From a bacterium (GTDB lineage Bacteria > JAMCPX01): 64,000 bases of DNA. Shown piece by piece: positions 9,864 to 19,746 of this stretch. The notes below the pieces were generated by a model. It searched no databases. It saw only the letters and a program-made list of their open reading frames with translations, and was not told where the DNA came from. The position numbers and the translations under genes are program-made. The DNA is taken from assembly GCA_021787665.1 (NCBI GenBank), contig JAJYLN010000007.1, positions 10,135 to 74,134 on the forward strand, given 5' to 3'. The first letter of the stretch is position 1. Each line of letters begins with the position of its first letter.

Positions 9864-10982
9864 TCAATGCGCGTATAGTCCAGCGATAAGATCGTAGACG
9901 CCCTTGCCGTGGAACGCCAGCACCCATATGCTCGCGCCGATGAGGTTGAAGAACGCGATCGGCGTGAGGTATTTCCAGCATAGGTCCATAAGCTGGTCTA
10001 CGCGTAGCCTGGGGAGTGTCCACCTGATCCACATCATGACATAGATGAGAAGGAACACCTTCCCGAAGAAAACCGCTACCTCAAGCAGCTCCCTCAGCCA
10101 CACGGGCATCGCGAGCCCGCCTATGAACGGCACCTGCCAGCCCCCGAGGAAGAGTGTCGTAGCCAGGGCGCTCACGACAAACATGTCCCCGTACTCCGCC
10201 ATAAAGAAGAACGCGAAACGCATGCCGGTGTACTCCGTATGATAGCCTGCAACGATCTCGGACTCCGCCTCTGGAATATCGAAGGGCGTCCTGTTCACCT
10301 CGGCTATGGCGGCTATGAAGTACACGAAGAACGCGAGCAGCGTAAATGGGTTGTTGAACAACAGCCAGCGGAAAATGCCCAGGCCGCCAGCCTGGCAGCC
10401 GATGATGTCCTTCATATCGAGCGACGCCGGTACGATCACCGCGGCGAGCAGAGAAAGCACGATCGGTATCTCATAGCTGATAATCTGAGCGACCGCACGC
10501 ATACCTCCGAACAGCGACCACTTGTTGTTCGAGCCCCATGACCCCATAAGTATCGCCATGGAGACTACGGACGAGATAGCAATGATATAAAGGACCCCGA
10601 CGTTGAGGTCCGCCACGTACACATGCTCGCTGTACGACAGGGGCACGAACGCAGCGAATGATGCGGTAAAAACGATATACGGGGCCAAGACGAACAGCCA
10701 TCGGTCCGCATAGAAGGGAATGATGTCCTCCTTGAGCAACAGCTTCACGCCATCCGCCACGAACTGCAGGAGCCCGTACGGCCCTACCCTGTTAGGCCCT
10801 ATTCTGGCCTGGATGTCACCGGCCACCTTCCTCTCCGCGTACGTAGCGAACCCCTCGTACAGCAGCACGATGCCGAGTACGATCAGCGCGGACGCGAGCA
10901 TGATGGCGACGGTAACCAGCAGACGTACCAGCGGGCCCGCATTCCCGAGCGATGTCACTATATCTCTGACAAGACCTATCAT
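9864..10982 (-). CDS. nuoH: NADH-quinone oxidoreductase subunit H
   Basis: 372 aa polytopic protein. Conserved NuoH/ND1 architecture and position. Confidence 0.9.
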   Translation of the reverse strand: MIGLVRDIVTSLGNAGPLVRLLVTVAIMLASALIVLGIVLLYEGFATYAERKVAGDIQARIGPNRVGPYGLLQFVADGVKLLLKEDIIPFYADRWLFVLAPYIVFTASFAAFVPLSYSEHVYVADLNVGVLYIIAISSVVSMAILMGSWGSNNKWSLFGGMRAVAQIISYEIPIVLSLLAAVIVPASLDMKDIIGCQAGGLGIFRWLLFNNPFTLLAFFVYFIAAIAEVNRTPFDIPEAESEIVAGYHTEYTGMRFAFFFMAEYGDMFVVSALATTLFLGGWQVPFIGGLAMPVWLRELLEVAVFFGKVFLLIYVMMWIRWTLPRLRVDQLMDLCWKYLTPIAFFNLIGASIWVLAFHGKGVYDLIAGLYAH

Positions 10983-12097
10983 CTGTCGATCTCCGGCAGG
11001 ATGATATCCAAGCTCCCGATGATCGCGACAAGGTCTGCTATCATGACGCCCTTCCCGAGCTTCGGGACTATACTGAGGGTTGCGAACGACGGTGCCCTGA
11101 TCCTGAGTCGGTATGGCTTCGTAGAGCCATCGCTGATAAGATAGAACCCAAGTTCGCCCCGGGGGTTCTCCGCACGCACATAGACCTCCCCGGCCGGCGG
11201 CTTCAATACCTTCGGCACCTTCGCGGTATGGTCACCTGGCTCGAGCATTGCCAGACACTGCCTGACGATCTTTGCGGACTGCTCCATCTCGTATATGCGC
11301 ATCATGTACCGGTCCCACGCATCGCCGGTACTACCCATCTCGCCCCTGCCGACCGGGACTTCGAAGTCGAGCTCGCCGTAGACAAGATAGGGCTCATCCC
11401 TCCTGAGGTCCCATGGTATGCCGGATGCCCTGAGGTTCGGCCCGGTAATGCCGTAGTCGAAGGCATCCTCCGGACGTATGACGGCGATGTCCGCGAGCCT
11501 CTTGATAAAGATCGAGTTGTACGATATCAGATCGTTGTACTCTTTTATCTTCGGCGGGAAATAATCGAGAAACTCTCTCGCCTTTTCTATAAAGCCTCCC
11601 GGGATGTCCTGCGATACGCCGCCGATACGAATATAGTTGTACGTCAGCCTTGCGCCGCACGCCATCTCGAACAAGTCGTTGATAAATTCTCTCTCCCGTA
11701 TGCCGAACAGGAACGGCGTGAACGCACCCATGTCTGCCGATAGGGACCCGAACGCTATGAGGTGGCTCGAGATCCTGTTCAACTCGGCCATGATCACCCG
11801 TATGATCTGCGCCCTGCGGGGCACCTCAATACCGAGCAGCCTCTCTACGGTCATTGCATACGCCAGGTTGCAGTTCATGGAGGCCAGGTAGTCGAGCCTG
11901 TCCGTGAACGGCGTGAACTGCGGATAGGTGACCCTCTCCGCTATCTTCTCGAGCCCCCGGTGCAGATACCCGATGTACGGCTTTATGCTGCTCAACACCT
12001 CGCCGTCCGTCTTTACGAGCAGTCGGAGCACGCCGTGCGTGCTCGGGTGCTGGGGACCCATGCTTACCTGCATGAATTTTTCGTCGGCGCCGGCCAT
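10979..12097 (-). CDS. nuoD: NADH-quinone oxidoreductase subunit D (49 kDa)
   Basis: MGPQHPSTHGVLRL motif. The likely start is MAGADEKF, 1 nt after the nuoC stop. The ORF-track start is at 12136. Confidence 0.9.
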   Translation of the reverse strand: MAGADEKFMQVSMGPQHPSTHGVLRLLVKTDGEVLSSIKPYIGYLHRGLEKIAERVTYPQFTPFTDRLDYLASMNCNLAYAMTVERLLGIEVPRRAQIIRVIMAELNRISSHLIAFGSLSADMGAFTPFLFGIREREFINDLFEMACGARLTYNYIRIGGVSQDIPGGFIEKAREFLDYFPPKIKEYNDLISYNSIFIKRLADIAVIRPEDAFDYGITGPNLRASGIPWDLRRDEPYLVYGELDFEVPVGRGEMGSTGDAWDRYMMRIYEMEQSAKIVRQCLAMLEPGDHTAKVPKVLKPPAGEVYVRAENPRGELGFYLISDGSTKPYRLRIRAPSFATLSIVPKLGKGVMIADLVAIIGSLDIILPEIDR

Positions 12098-12098
12098 C

Positions 12099-12572
12099 CT
12101 AGACGTCCCACGTGTGGTAGCGCTTCGGATAAACATAATCCTTGCGCAGAGGGTATCCTTCCCAGTCCTCGGGCATGAGTATCCGCCTCAGGTCCGGGTG
12201 TCCGTCGAACACGACCCCGAGCAAATCGTAGGCCTCCCGTTCGTACCATGCCGCCACCGGCCAGACTGTCCCGACCGTCCGCACATGCGGGGAACCCCTA
12301 TCGAGCTCCACCTTGAGCACGATCGTGTGTCTCTGCCTCATCGAGCCGAGGTGATAGACGACAGCCATCTTACCCTTTTCCTGCATGTCCACAGCGCTGA
12401 GGCAGATGAGCGAAAGAAACTCCAGCTCTTCCGCTTTCTTGAGAAAATCGCACACCTCCACGATTGCTTGATGTCCCACGACGATGGATGGAGGTAAGGT
12501 GTTCTCCTGGAACTGCTGGATCGCGGAGCCGAACCTGCCGGACAATATCTCGTAGATCTTCTTCGCTTCCAT
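12099..12572 (-). CDS. nuoC: NADH-quinone oxidoreductase subunit C (30 kDa), not fused to NuoD
   Basis: NuoC-like sequence. The likely start is [10 protein letters not shown], overlapping the nuoB stop. The ORF-track start is at 12659. Confidence 0.85.
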   Translation of the reverse strand: MEAKKIYEILSGRFGSAIQQFQENTLPPSIVVGHQAIVEVCDFLKKAEELEFLSLICLSAVDMQEKGKMAVVYHLGSMRQRHTIVLKVELDRGSPHVRTVGTVWPVAAWYEREAYDLLGVVFDGHPDLRRILMPEDWEGYPLRKDYVYPKRYHTWDV

Positions 12573-13057
12573 CACTTCCTCACCAGGTTCTTCTTCTCCA
12601 TGATCTTTTCCTGGAGCTTCATGATGCCCTCTATCAGGGCCTCCGGCCTCGGCGGGCACCCCGGGACGTAGACATCCACCGGGATGATCCTGTCCACCCC
12701 CTTCAGCACCGCGTAGGAGTCTTTATAGAACGGGCCCCCGGTGTTCGCACAGCTCCCCATCGCGATAACATACTTGGGGGAGGGCATCTGGTCATACAGC
12801 CGCTTCACCCTGTCGGCCATCATGTGCGTGATCGTGCCTGCCACGATCATGAGATCGGACTGGCGTGGCGTAGCCCTGAACACGGCGCCGAAACGGTCGA
12901 GGTCATACCGGGACGCGCCGGTCTGCATGAGCTCTATGCCGCAGCACGCCGTGGCGAACAGCATGTACCACAGCGACGACTTCTGGGACCAGTTGAGAAA
13001 TTTATCAACGGTGGTGAAGAGTATATTGTCCGGTAACCTGTCTTCCAATGCGCCCAT
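12572..13057 (-). CDS. nuoB: NADH-quinone oxidoreductase subunit B (20 kDa, N2 cluster)
   Basis: Cys ligand motifs [18 protein letters not shown] and CPPRPEAL. Confidence 0.9.
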   Translation of the reverse strand: MGALEDRLPDNILFTTVDKFLNWSQKSSLWYMLFATACCGIELMQTGASRYDLDRFGAVFRATPRQSDLMIVAGTITHMMADRVKRLYDQMPSPKYVIAMGSCANTGGPFYKDSYAVLKGVDRIIPVDVYVPGCPPRPEALIEGIMKLQEKIMEKKNLVRK

Positions 13058-13455
13058 TACTCGTCCCCTTCACCTTCTTCCTGAAGATTACCGAGGTCCT
13101 TGATCCAGTCGAGGTCACCCATCTTCCACACATAGGCGAAGCCGACCAGCAGCACTCCCATAAAAATAAGGACGTCCCAGAAGGCTATCCAGCCCATAGA
13201 TCGAAACACCACGGCCCAGGGGAACAGGAACACCACCTCGACATCGAATATGACGAAGATAAGCGCTATCACATAGAAGCGGACGTTGAACGTGATCCAA
13301 CTGTGCCCGATCGGCTCTTCACCGCACTCGTAGTTGCTCATTTTTATAAGGTTCGGGTCTGCGGGCCGCACGAGCCTTCCCAGAAGCAGGGTGACTGCGA
13401 CAAAAACGGTGCCGAGCGTCAAAAAGACGAAAACATTCGAGAAATTAATCAACAT
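13057..13455 (-). CDS. nuoA: NADH-quinone oxidoreductase subunit A
   Basis: 132 aa, three TM helices. First gene of the block. Its stop and the nuoB start overlap (TAATG). Confidence 0.85.
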   Translation of the reverse strand: MLINFSNVFVFLTLGTVFVAVTLLLGRLVRPADPNLIKMSNYECGEEPIGHSWITFNVRFYVIALIFVIFDVEVVFLFPWAVVFRSMGWIAFWDVLIFMGVLLVGFAYVWKMGDLDWIKDLGNLQEEGEGDE

Positions 13456-13961
13456 ACCTGTTTCACCTGTATACTGTATACGCTTGCTACATTAAACAAT
13501 AAAACCTTGTCAAGCATTGCGGTCAAAAAATGGGTTACCCTCACCTTGGTGATTATGGGGGGGGCACGCCTCCTGTTCGTTCTCTAGCAACCTCATAGAC
13601 GAAGTAGGACAGGTAAGTTGCAGCCGTATGAAATATATTATTTATTGTCTTCTGAATCTTCTCTCATGCGCTTCAAGGCGTTGTTGAAGGCTTCACCTCC
13701 ACGATCAAGCCATCAACATCCCTCGGCGTGCGTGACCTGACTGCATCCTTTCTTGCCTCACGAATCATACCATACCAAATGTTCTGTGTCAAAGGGCGAA
13801 TCGAATCTGTGTTATCGCCAACCAGTCTTGACTTGAGCCTATGAAAAGGGTGGCTAAGACGGTAAAGCCCCCATAGACACCATGGCCATCTGTGAGAAGC
13901 ATCGCATTGCCAAGGCTTTGGCTGAAAACATCACTATGAAGATCGAGCAGGTATGAGCTGG

Positions 13962-15149
13962 CTATTCGAGCATCATCACGGCCTGGTCTATCCTCTCGAG
14001 TCCTTTCTTGATCATCTCGAGCGATATGGCGTACGAGAGCCTGACATGCTCTTCCGCGCCGAACGGCGCGCCCGGCACGAGGGCCACCTTTGCCTGGTCG
14101 AGCAGGTAGTCCGCAAAGCCGAACGAGTCCTTGATGGCCTTTCCCTTGAACTTCTTCGTGTACAGGGCACTGACGTTCGGGAACGCATAGAACGCGCCCT
14201 TGGGCGTAATGCACCGTATGCCGTTTATCCTGTTCAACCCCTCGACGATGAACTTCCTTCTCCTGTCGAACTCCGTAACCATCTTCGATACGGATTCCTG
14301 CGGGCCGCTCAATGCCTCGACGCTTGCCTTCATCGCTATAGATGTCGGGTTGGACGTGCTCTGACTCTGGATGTTCTTCATGCCCTTTATGATGTCCTTG
14401 GGGCCGGCGGTGAAGCCAATCCTCCAGCCGGTCATCGCGTAGGTCTTCGACACGCCGTGCACGAGCAGGGTACGGGACTTCATGTCCTTCGCCTGGGCTA
14501 TCGTGAAGAACTTCTCGCCGTCGTAGATAAGCTTCTCGTATATGTCGTCGGTGACAACGAACAGGTTGTGCTTGCGGACGACCTCTGCAATCTCTTCCAG
14601 GACCTTTCTGGGGTATACGGCGCCGGACGGGTTCCCGGGGCTGTTTATCAGGAGCATCTTGGTCTTCTTCGTGATGGCCTTCTCCACCGCGGCAGGACCC
14701 AGCGCAAAATTGTCCTTCTCCGAGGTCTTCACGAAGACAGGCTTTCCGCCCGCAACGGCGAACATCTCGGGGTACGACACCCAGTAGGGCGTCGGGATGA
14801 TGACCTCATCGCCCGGGTCAATCATGGCGAGTGCTATGTTGAACAGGGCGTGCTTTGCGCCGACCGACACGATGATCTCGTCCCTGGCGTACTCGATGCC
14901 GTTGTCGCGCTTGAGCTTCAGTATAATAGCGTCCTTGAGCTCCGGTATGCCGTCAACCGGCATATACTTCGTAAAACCTTTGTTTATGGCATCTATCGCT
15001 GCCCGTTTTATATTGTCCGGCGTATCGAAATCCGGCTCGCCCGCTCCAAAGCCGACAACATCGACGCCCTGTGCCTTCAACTCTTTTGCCTTCGTATCGA
15101 TCGCCAATGTGGCAGACGGCTTGATACCTCTGGCCCTCTCAGATAACAT
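13962..15149 (-). CDS. Aspartate/aromatic/prephenate aminotransferase (class I PLP-dependent)
   Basis: 395 aa with GFGAGEPDFDTP near the N-terminus, a typical AspC/AspB-type fold signature, and a PLP-lysine region (SKTYAMTGWRIG). Confidence 0.85.
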   Translation of the reverse strand: MLSERARGIKPSATLAIDTKAKELKAQGVDVVGFGAGEPDFDTPDNIKRAAIDAINKGFTKYMPVDGIPELKDAIILKLKRDNGIEYARDEIIVSVGAKHALFNIALAMIDPGDEVIIPTPYWVSYPEMFAVAGGKPVFVKTSEKDNFALGPAAVEKAITKKTKMLLINSPGNPSGAVYPRKVLEEIAEVVRKHNLFVVTDDIYEKLIYDGEKFFTIAQAKDMKSRTLLVHGVSKTYAMTGWRIGFTAGPKDIIKGMKNIQSQSTSNPTSIAMKASVEALSGPQESVSKMVTEFDRRRKFIVEGLNRINGIRCITPKGAFYAFPNVSALYTKKFKGKAIKDSFGFADYLLDQAKVALVPGAPFGAEEHVRLSYAISLEMIKKGLERIDQAVMMLE

Positions 15150-15212
15150 AGAATCCTCCTTCTCTTTTATTATAACCCGCCAATGCGGGACATCGAGGCC
15201 CTTCCCCGGCGC

Positions 15213-15725
15213 TCATTCCCACGATACGATATCGGTCTTCCTTTCCTTCAGCCTGTCGCTGAAGCGTCGTATGACGACGTCCGGCACCAGCTCATCCGCC
15301 CTGCCCCCGAGCGATAGTATGTCCTTTATGATACTCGAGCTCAGGAACGAATACCTGTCCTCCGTCATCATAAAAACAGTCTCGATATTCCCGCTCATCT
15401 TTTTATTGGCGAGCGACATCTGCAGCTCGAACTCGAAGTCCGCGACCGTCCTCAGCCCGCGCAGCACGGTATCCACGTTCCTGGACTTAACGTAGTCCAC
15501 GAGCAGTCCCTTGAAAGGCTCCACGACCACCCTTCTCTCGCGCCTGAATATCTCTTTGATAATGCCCACCCGCTCCTCCATCGAAAAGAACGGTTTCTTG
15601 CCGGACTGGCTATAGGAGACGGCAACGATGACCTTCCGGAATATCTTCAGTGCCCTCTCAATGATATTAATATGGCCGTATGTGATGGGGTCGAATGACC
15701 CGGGATATATTACCACCTTGTCCAT
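15213..15725 (-). CDS. coaD: Phosphopantetheine adenylyltransferase
   Basis: VIYPGSFDPITYGH nucleotidyltransferase motif. ~170 aa from the MDKVV start. Conserved rsmD-coaD pairing. Confidence 0.9.
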   Translation of the reverse strand: MDKVVIYPGSFDPITYGHINIIERALKIFRKVIVAVSYSQSGKKPFFSMEERVGIIKEIFRRERRVVVEPFKGLLVDYVKSRNVDTVLRGLRTVADFEFELQMSLANKKMSGNIETVFMMTEDRYSFLSSSIIKDILSLGGRADELVPDVVIRRFSDRLKERKTDIVSWE

Positions 15726-15741
15726 ACTGTTACTCGCCCTA

Positions 15742-16323
15742 TCACCACCGCCTGACAACGGTCAGACACTTGTCTCCGTACCGATACACCGTGCTATGCA
15801 GGCCTTCGGACAGTACCTCCTCGGTGCCTCCGGGTGCATCCTTCTCGTGCGTGGTATGCTCGATGCCTATCAGGAGATCACCCGTCATTATCCCACTACG
15901 GATCAGGGAAGGCAACACACCAGTATACGCATGCACGTCCCCGTAAGGAGGGTCCACGTAAGCTATGTCCATCCTTGCGGCACTTTCCTTCAGGCGCACC
16001 AGTGCCCTTTTTGCATCCATCCGCATCACCGTATACGAGCCATTATCTAACAGATCCTCTTTTATTAAAGCAAGGTTTTTCAACAAAAATGTCGATGCCG
16101 GGTCGGAACGTTCGACAAAATAAACCATCCGCGCTCCCCTGCTCAAAGCCTCGATGCCCATGGCTCCGGTACCTGCAAAGAGGTCGAGGAACACGGCGTC
16201 CTCGATCCGGCGTCCCAGAATATCGAAAAATGCCTCCCGGACCTTGGCGAGCGTCGGACGGACAGCATGCCCGGCTGGCGACCTGAGACACATGCCCTTT
16301 AATCTGCCTCCGATTATCCTCAT
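15742..16323 (-). CDS. rsmD: 16S rRNA (guanine966-N2)-methyltransferase RsmD
   Basis: MRIIGGRLKG N-terminus, LDLFAGTGAMGIEALSRGA SAM-binding motif, and DPPY motif. Confidence 0.85.
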   Translation of the reverse strand: MRIIGGRLKGMCLRSPAGHAVRPTLAKVREAFFDILGRRIEDAVFLDLFAGTGAMGIEALSRGARMVYFVERSDPASTFLLKNLALIKEDLLDNGSYTVMRMDAKRALVRLKESAARMDIAYVDPPYGDVHAYTGVLPSLIRSGIMTGDLLIGIEHTTHEKDAPGGTEEVLSEGLHSTVYRYGDKCLTVVRRW

Positions 16324-16431
16324 ACAACAGCACAGGGACACCCCGCTATCGGCGGCATGCCCCTGCGCCCATGACTTCACCCTGATCAGGCCGGCCATCC
16401 ACTGACGTAACGGCCCGCCCTCCTGTCCCGA

Positions 16432-17955
16432 TCACTCCGCCGTCATCGCGACATATATGTTGGCGTTGCCGCGCGCTATAAGGAGGGACACCATCTGCCC
16501 CTTCTTGACGGTGGCCAGGACATTGCTGTATTCTTTCGCGCTCTTGATCTCCTTCTGATCCATCTGCTCTATCACATCACCCTTCTGAATACCGGCCATG
16601 TCCGCAGGGCTCCCCTGTATGACATCGGTCACCACGACCCCCTTGGCAGCCTGAAGGTTGTACTGCCGCTGGACATCCGGCGTGATGGTTTCGACGATAA
16701 TGCCGAGCTTCTTCTCGCTTATCTTCTTGACCTCCGGCGCAACGCTCGCCAGCTTTTCATTCGAGGGGAGCGTCCCGATCTTGACCTTGAATGTCTTCTC
16801 TTTGCCGTGCCGTATGACCGCGACATCCGCTGTACTGCCGATTGCTGTATTGGAAACGATCCACGGGAGGACGTCCGCACTCTTCACGACCTTGCCATTA
16901 AAGCGTACGATAACATCCCCCTCCTTGATGCCGGCCTTGTCCGCTGGTCCCCCTTTCACCACCTTCGTAACAACAGCGCCCTTCTGGTTTCTGTGCAGGT
17001 GGAACGATTCCGCAAGGTCCGGCGTAATATTCTGGATGTATACCCCGAGCCATCCCCGGATGACCTTGCCGTGCTCTATCAACTGAGGGATAATCGTTTT
17101 TGCCACGTTAATGGGTATGGCGAACCCTATGCCCTGCCCGATACTCGGCGCTATGATGGCGGTACTGATACCGATGACGTCGCCGTTCAGATCGAACACC
17201 GGTCCTCCGCTGTTCCCCCTGTTGATGGCGGCGTCCGTTTGCAGGAATTGGTCATAATTACTCGAATTTAGCCTCCTCCCCTCTGCGCTGATGATACCTG
17301 CGGTTACCGTATGGTCGAGACCAAAGGGATTACCGATGACAACGACCCAGTCGCCGACATTGACCTTCGAAGAATCCCCGAGATCTACAATCTGGAGCGG
17401 CTTCTTCGAGGACACTTTCAGAAGGGCGAGGTCCGTCTGCGGGTCCGCACCGACGACCTTTGCCGTATACTGGTCCCCGTTATCCGTTATTACCCGGATA
17501 TCGGTCATACCCGCTATCACATGGTTGTTCGTCAGGATGTACCCCTCTTTATTGATAATAAAGCCGGACCCAAGGGCATGCTCCTTGTACTCCTGGGGAC
17601 CACCGGGGCCCATAAACTGCTCAAAGAAATGGGGACCGAAGAACTGTTTGAACTGTTCTCCCATAGGTCCTAATGGCTGTGCCATCGGATTTGTCTTTAT
17701 GATCTTCGTCGTCGATATATTCACCACCGCTCCCTTTACCCTGTTGACGAGCGGAGCGAACGACGCCGGTACACAGCTCTGGGAAGTTCCCAGGGTCTGC
17801 GCAACGGCTGCGGTCGGCTTCTCGCTCCATATCTTTGTTTCTTTGGCATCGGTGGTAGTCGTGATATTCAGCCGCGCGGCAAGCAGCAGTCCTGCCACGA
17901 CTGACGCTATCACAAGGCAGCAGATACCAAGTATCGCATAACCTTTCTTTTTCAT
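16432..17955 (-). CDS. degP: Periplasmic serine endoprotease DegP/HtrA (Do family, two PDZ domains)
   Basis: Signal peptide, trypsin-like catalytic motifs (TNNHV, GNSGGP), and two C-terminal PDZ-like segments. Confidence 0.9.
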   Translation of the reverse strand: MKKKGYAILGICCLVIASVVAGLLLAARLNITTTTDAKETKIWSEKPTAAVAQTLGTSQSCVPASFAPLVNRVKGAVVNISTTKIIKTNPMAQPLGPMGEQFKQFFGPHFFEQFMGPGGPQEYKEHALGSGFIINKEGYILTNNHVIAGMTDIRVITDNGDQYTAKVVGADPQTDLALLKVSSKKPLQIVDLGDSSKVNVGDWVVVIGNPFGLDHTVTAGIISAEGRRLNSSNYDQFLQTDAAINRGNSGGPVFDLNGDVIGISTAIIAPSIGQGIGFAIPINVAKTIIPQLIEHGKVIRGWLGVYIQNITPDLAESFHLHRNQKGAVVTKVVKGGPADKAGIKEGDVIVRFNGKVVKSADVLPWIVSNTAIGSTADVAVIRHGKEKTFKVKIGTLPSNEKLASVAPEVKKISEKKLGIIVETITPDVQRQYNLQAAKGVVVTDVIQGSPADMAGIQKGDVIEQMDQKEIKSAKEYSNVLATVKKGQMVSLLIARGNANIYVAMTAE

Positions 17956-17964
17956 GTTTCCTCC

Positions 17965-18396
17965 TTATTTTTTGCCTTCATTCACCAGGACGTATCTCAT
18001 CCTGAGATCGAAAAGTACATTGTCGAGCATCATCGACTCCTCATTGGTCAGATTACCCGTGGTCTTGTCCTTGAGGAGCTCGAGAATATCTATGGTTTGG
18101 CCCGCGGCATTGACGTCCTTCTTGATGACGTTGGTCTGCGGGTCCGCTACGGCACCGAGCTGGATCAACGCGGTCCCGGCAAGCGAGTTTATCAAGTCTA
18201 TGAAGCCTATCTTGTCGCGCTCCTCTCCGATCCCACCAGATCCGTGGAGCGGCTCGTATGTCGATGTATCCCTGTCGTCCAGACCGTCTCCCGCGCCTTC
18301 TCCCTTTTCGCCGGAGCCCATGACCTCCCCATCTGCGTCCATCCGAAAACGTCTCTTATCGTTAACCTTGATGTCATCGTCTTCCCTGTCAGCCAT
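17965..18396 (-). CDS. Small acidic hypothetical protein (DUF1844-like)
   Basis: 143 aa with an acidic, glycine-rich N-terminus and a conserved C-terminal region. Assignment to DUF1844 is from memory and tentative. Confidence 0.35.
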   Translation of the reverse strand: MADREDDDIKVNDKRRFRMDADGEVMGSGEKGEGAGDGLDDRDTSTYEPLHGSGGIGEERDKIGFIDLINSLAGTALIQLGAVADPQTNVIKKDVNAAGQTIDILELLKDKTTGNLTNEESMMLDNVLFDLRMRYVLVNEGKK

Positions 18397-18413
18397 GTCC
18401 AGGTCCTCCTCCC

Positions 18414-19727
18414 CTATTGATAAATCTTCTTAATGCCCGATTCAAGGGCATCGAAGGCCTCGATCCCGAGCACGGCGACCCTTGGGTCGATGGAGGTCCT
18501 TGCATAGATTGTGACATTGTTTCTGCCTCCGATGGATATCGTCGTGGTGGTAGGCAGCATGGTACCGACAACCGTAAAGGTAATCGCCGCGTTCTCCGGC
18601 GGTGCCTTTGCGACAAAGCGACTCGCACCGACGGAGGTCAGCGTATTGATCATATTATTGACGCCCGCCGTGTTGGTAAAGGGAGCGCCGTCCTTAAGCC
18701 AGGCCGCATAGCCTTTCCTCGAAAGCGTGACCGTCTTGCCGTGCCATACGATCTCCACGGACGATATCGACCACTTGCTCTGTATCAGTAGCTTATCGTC
18801 GACCATCGAGCTCACGGACCTGTCGAACGTAGAGAGTATCCCTCTGTTCACCACATATACCGGGGTCTGTCCTGAAACCGCGGCGTACACATCGTTCGGG
18901 TCCGCTTCCTTCCCTATCTTCACGTCGTAGTGTCTGTTGTCAGTCGTCTCCATGCCGATGATAGCCGAGGGCCTTTTGAGCCCGGTCCCCTGCAGGCCCC
19001 GGGCGTCGTCGATGATATTAGTTGCCCTCAGACTGGTCAGCTTGAAGAGCATATCGTTTAAAAACGTCGTTCTGAGCCTGTTATACGCCGGCTTGGTGAA
19101 GTACCAGACGCCGTTGTTCTGCCTCAGTGTATAGATGGGCCGGTGCTCTTTCGAGAATGACATGCCCGCTATAGCGTTTCGGGGAACAGACAGGACGTCC
19201 TTGTTCCTCAAGTGGTACAGCGTGCTGTCGAGCTGGTTCCGTATCCATGCCGTTATCGTGAAGATGTCCTTGCGGCCGTTCACCGCCCTCGCGTAGTAGT
19301 CCTCCCCGACCGGCGTCTTTGAGCCGATCTCCACAGTATACGCCTTGTTGTCCGATGACACTACTGTTGCCGTTATGGACGCCGGACTCAGCCCGAACGC
19401 CGAAAGAGAACCCTCACCTATGTCCGTCGCATAGTCGAGTTTCCTGATCCCGTCGGCGATACCGTTGACCACACTCGTGTCGACCCCGGTATGGACCGGA
19501 GATACTATCGTCCAGAGTCCGGGAGCGCTCTGCCGGAGTACGAAGCTGCCGTACCCGTTCTCGATGGACATCCTGGCAAGACGGGCGTCGCCCATCTTGA
19601 ATACCTGTTTTGCCTCGATTTGCTCCTTTGTAATCCTGGTGCTGTTCCGCGGCTTCACCACGAAGAGTACGAGGACAAGGGCCGCAGCGAGGAGCGCGGT
19701 AAGATAGAGAGTCAGTTTGAAGTTCAT
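18414..19727 (-). CDS. DUF4340 domain protein (accessory to GldG-type ABC system)
   Basis: 437 aa with an N-terminal TM anchor. Sits directly downstream of the GldG-like gene, in the usual operon position for this family. Confidence 0.6.
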   Translation of the reverse strand: MNFKLTLYLTALLAAALVLVLFVVKPRNSTRITKEQIEAKQVFKMGDARLARMSIENGYGSFVLRQSAPGLWTIVSPVHTGVDTSVVNGIADGIRKLDYATDIGEGSLSAFGLSPASITATVVSSDNKAYTVEIGSKTPVGEDYYARAVNGRKDIFTITAWIRNQLDSTLYHLRNKDVLSVPRNAIAGMSFSKEHRPIYTLRQNNGVWYFTKPAYNRLRTTFLNDMLFKLTSLRATNIIDDARGLQGTGLKRPSAIIGMETTDNRHYDVKIGKEADPNDVYAAVSGQTPVYVVNRGILSTFDRSVSSMVDDKLLIQSKWSISSVEIVWHGKTVTLSRKGYAAWLKDGAPFTNTAGVNNMINTLTSVGASRFVAKAPPENAAITFTVVGTMLPTTTTISIGGRNNVTIYARTSIDPRVAVLGIEAFDALESGIKKIYQ

Positions 19728-19746
19728 CCGTATCTCTCCTGTAGGC

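Noticed and set aside
13953-15146. 397-aa plus-strand ORF mirroring the aminotransferase gene
   Set aside because: Antisense shadow ORF. Composition is Arg/Leu/His-rich with no motifs, whereas the minus-strand frame encodes a convincing class I aminotransferase.
15150-15212. GC hairpin CCCGC-attg-GCGGG followed by TTATAATAAAAG between coaD and the aminotransferase gene, a possible terminator or -10 element
   Set aside because: The stem is only 5 bp and the downstream tract is A/T mixed rather than a U-run. It could equally be a TATAAT -10 box. Too ambiguous to call either way.
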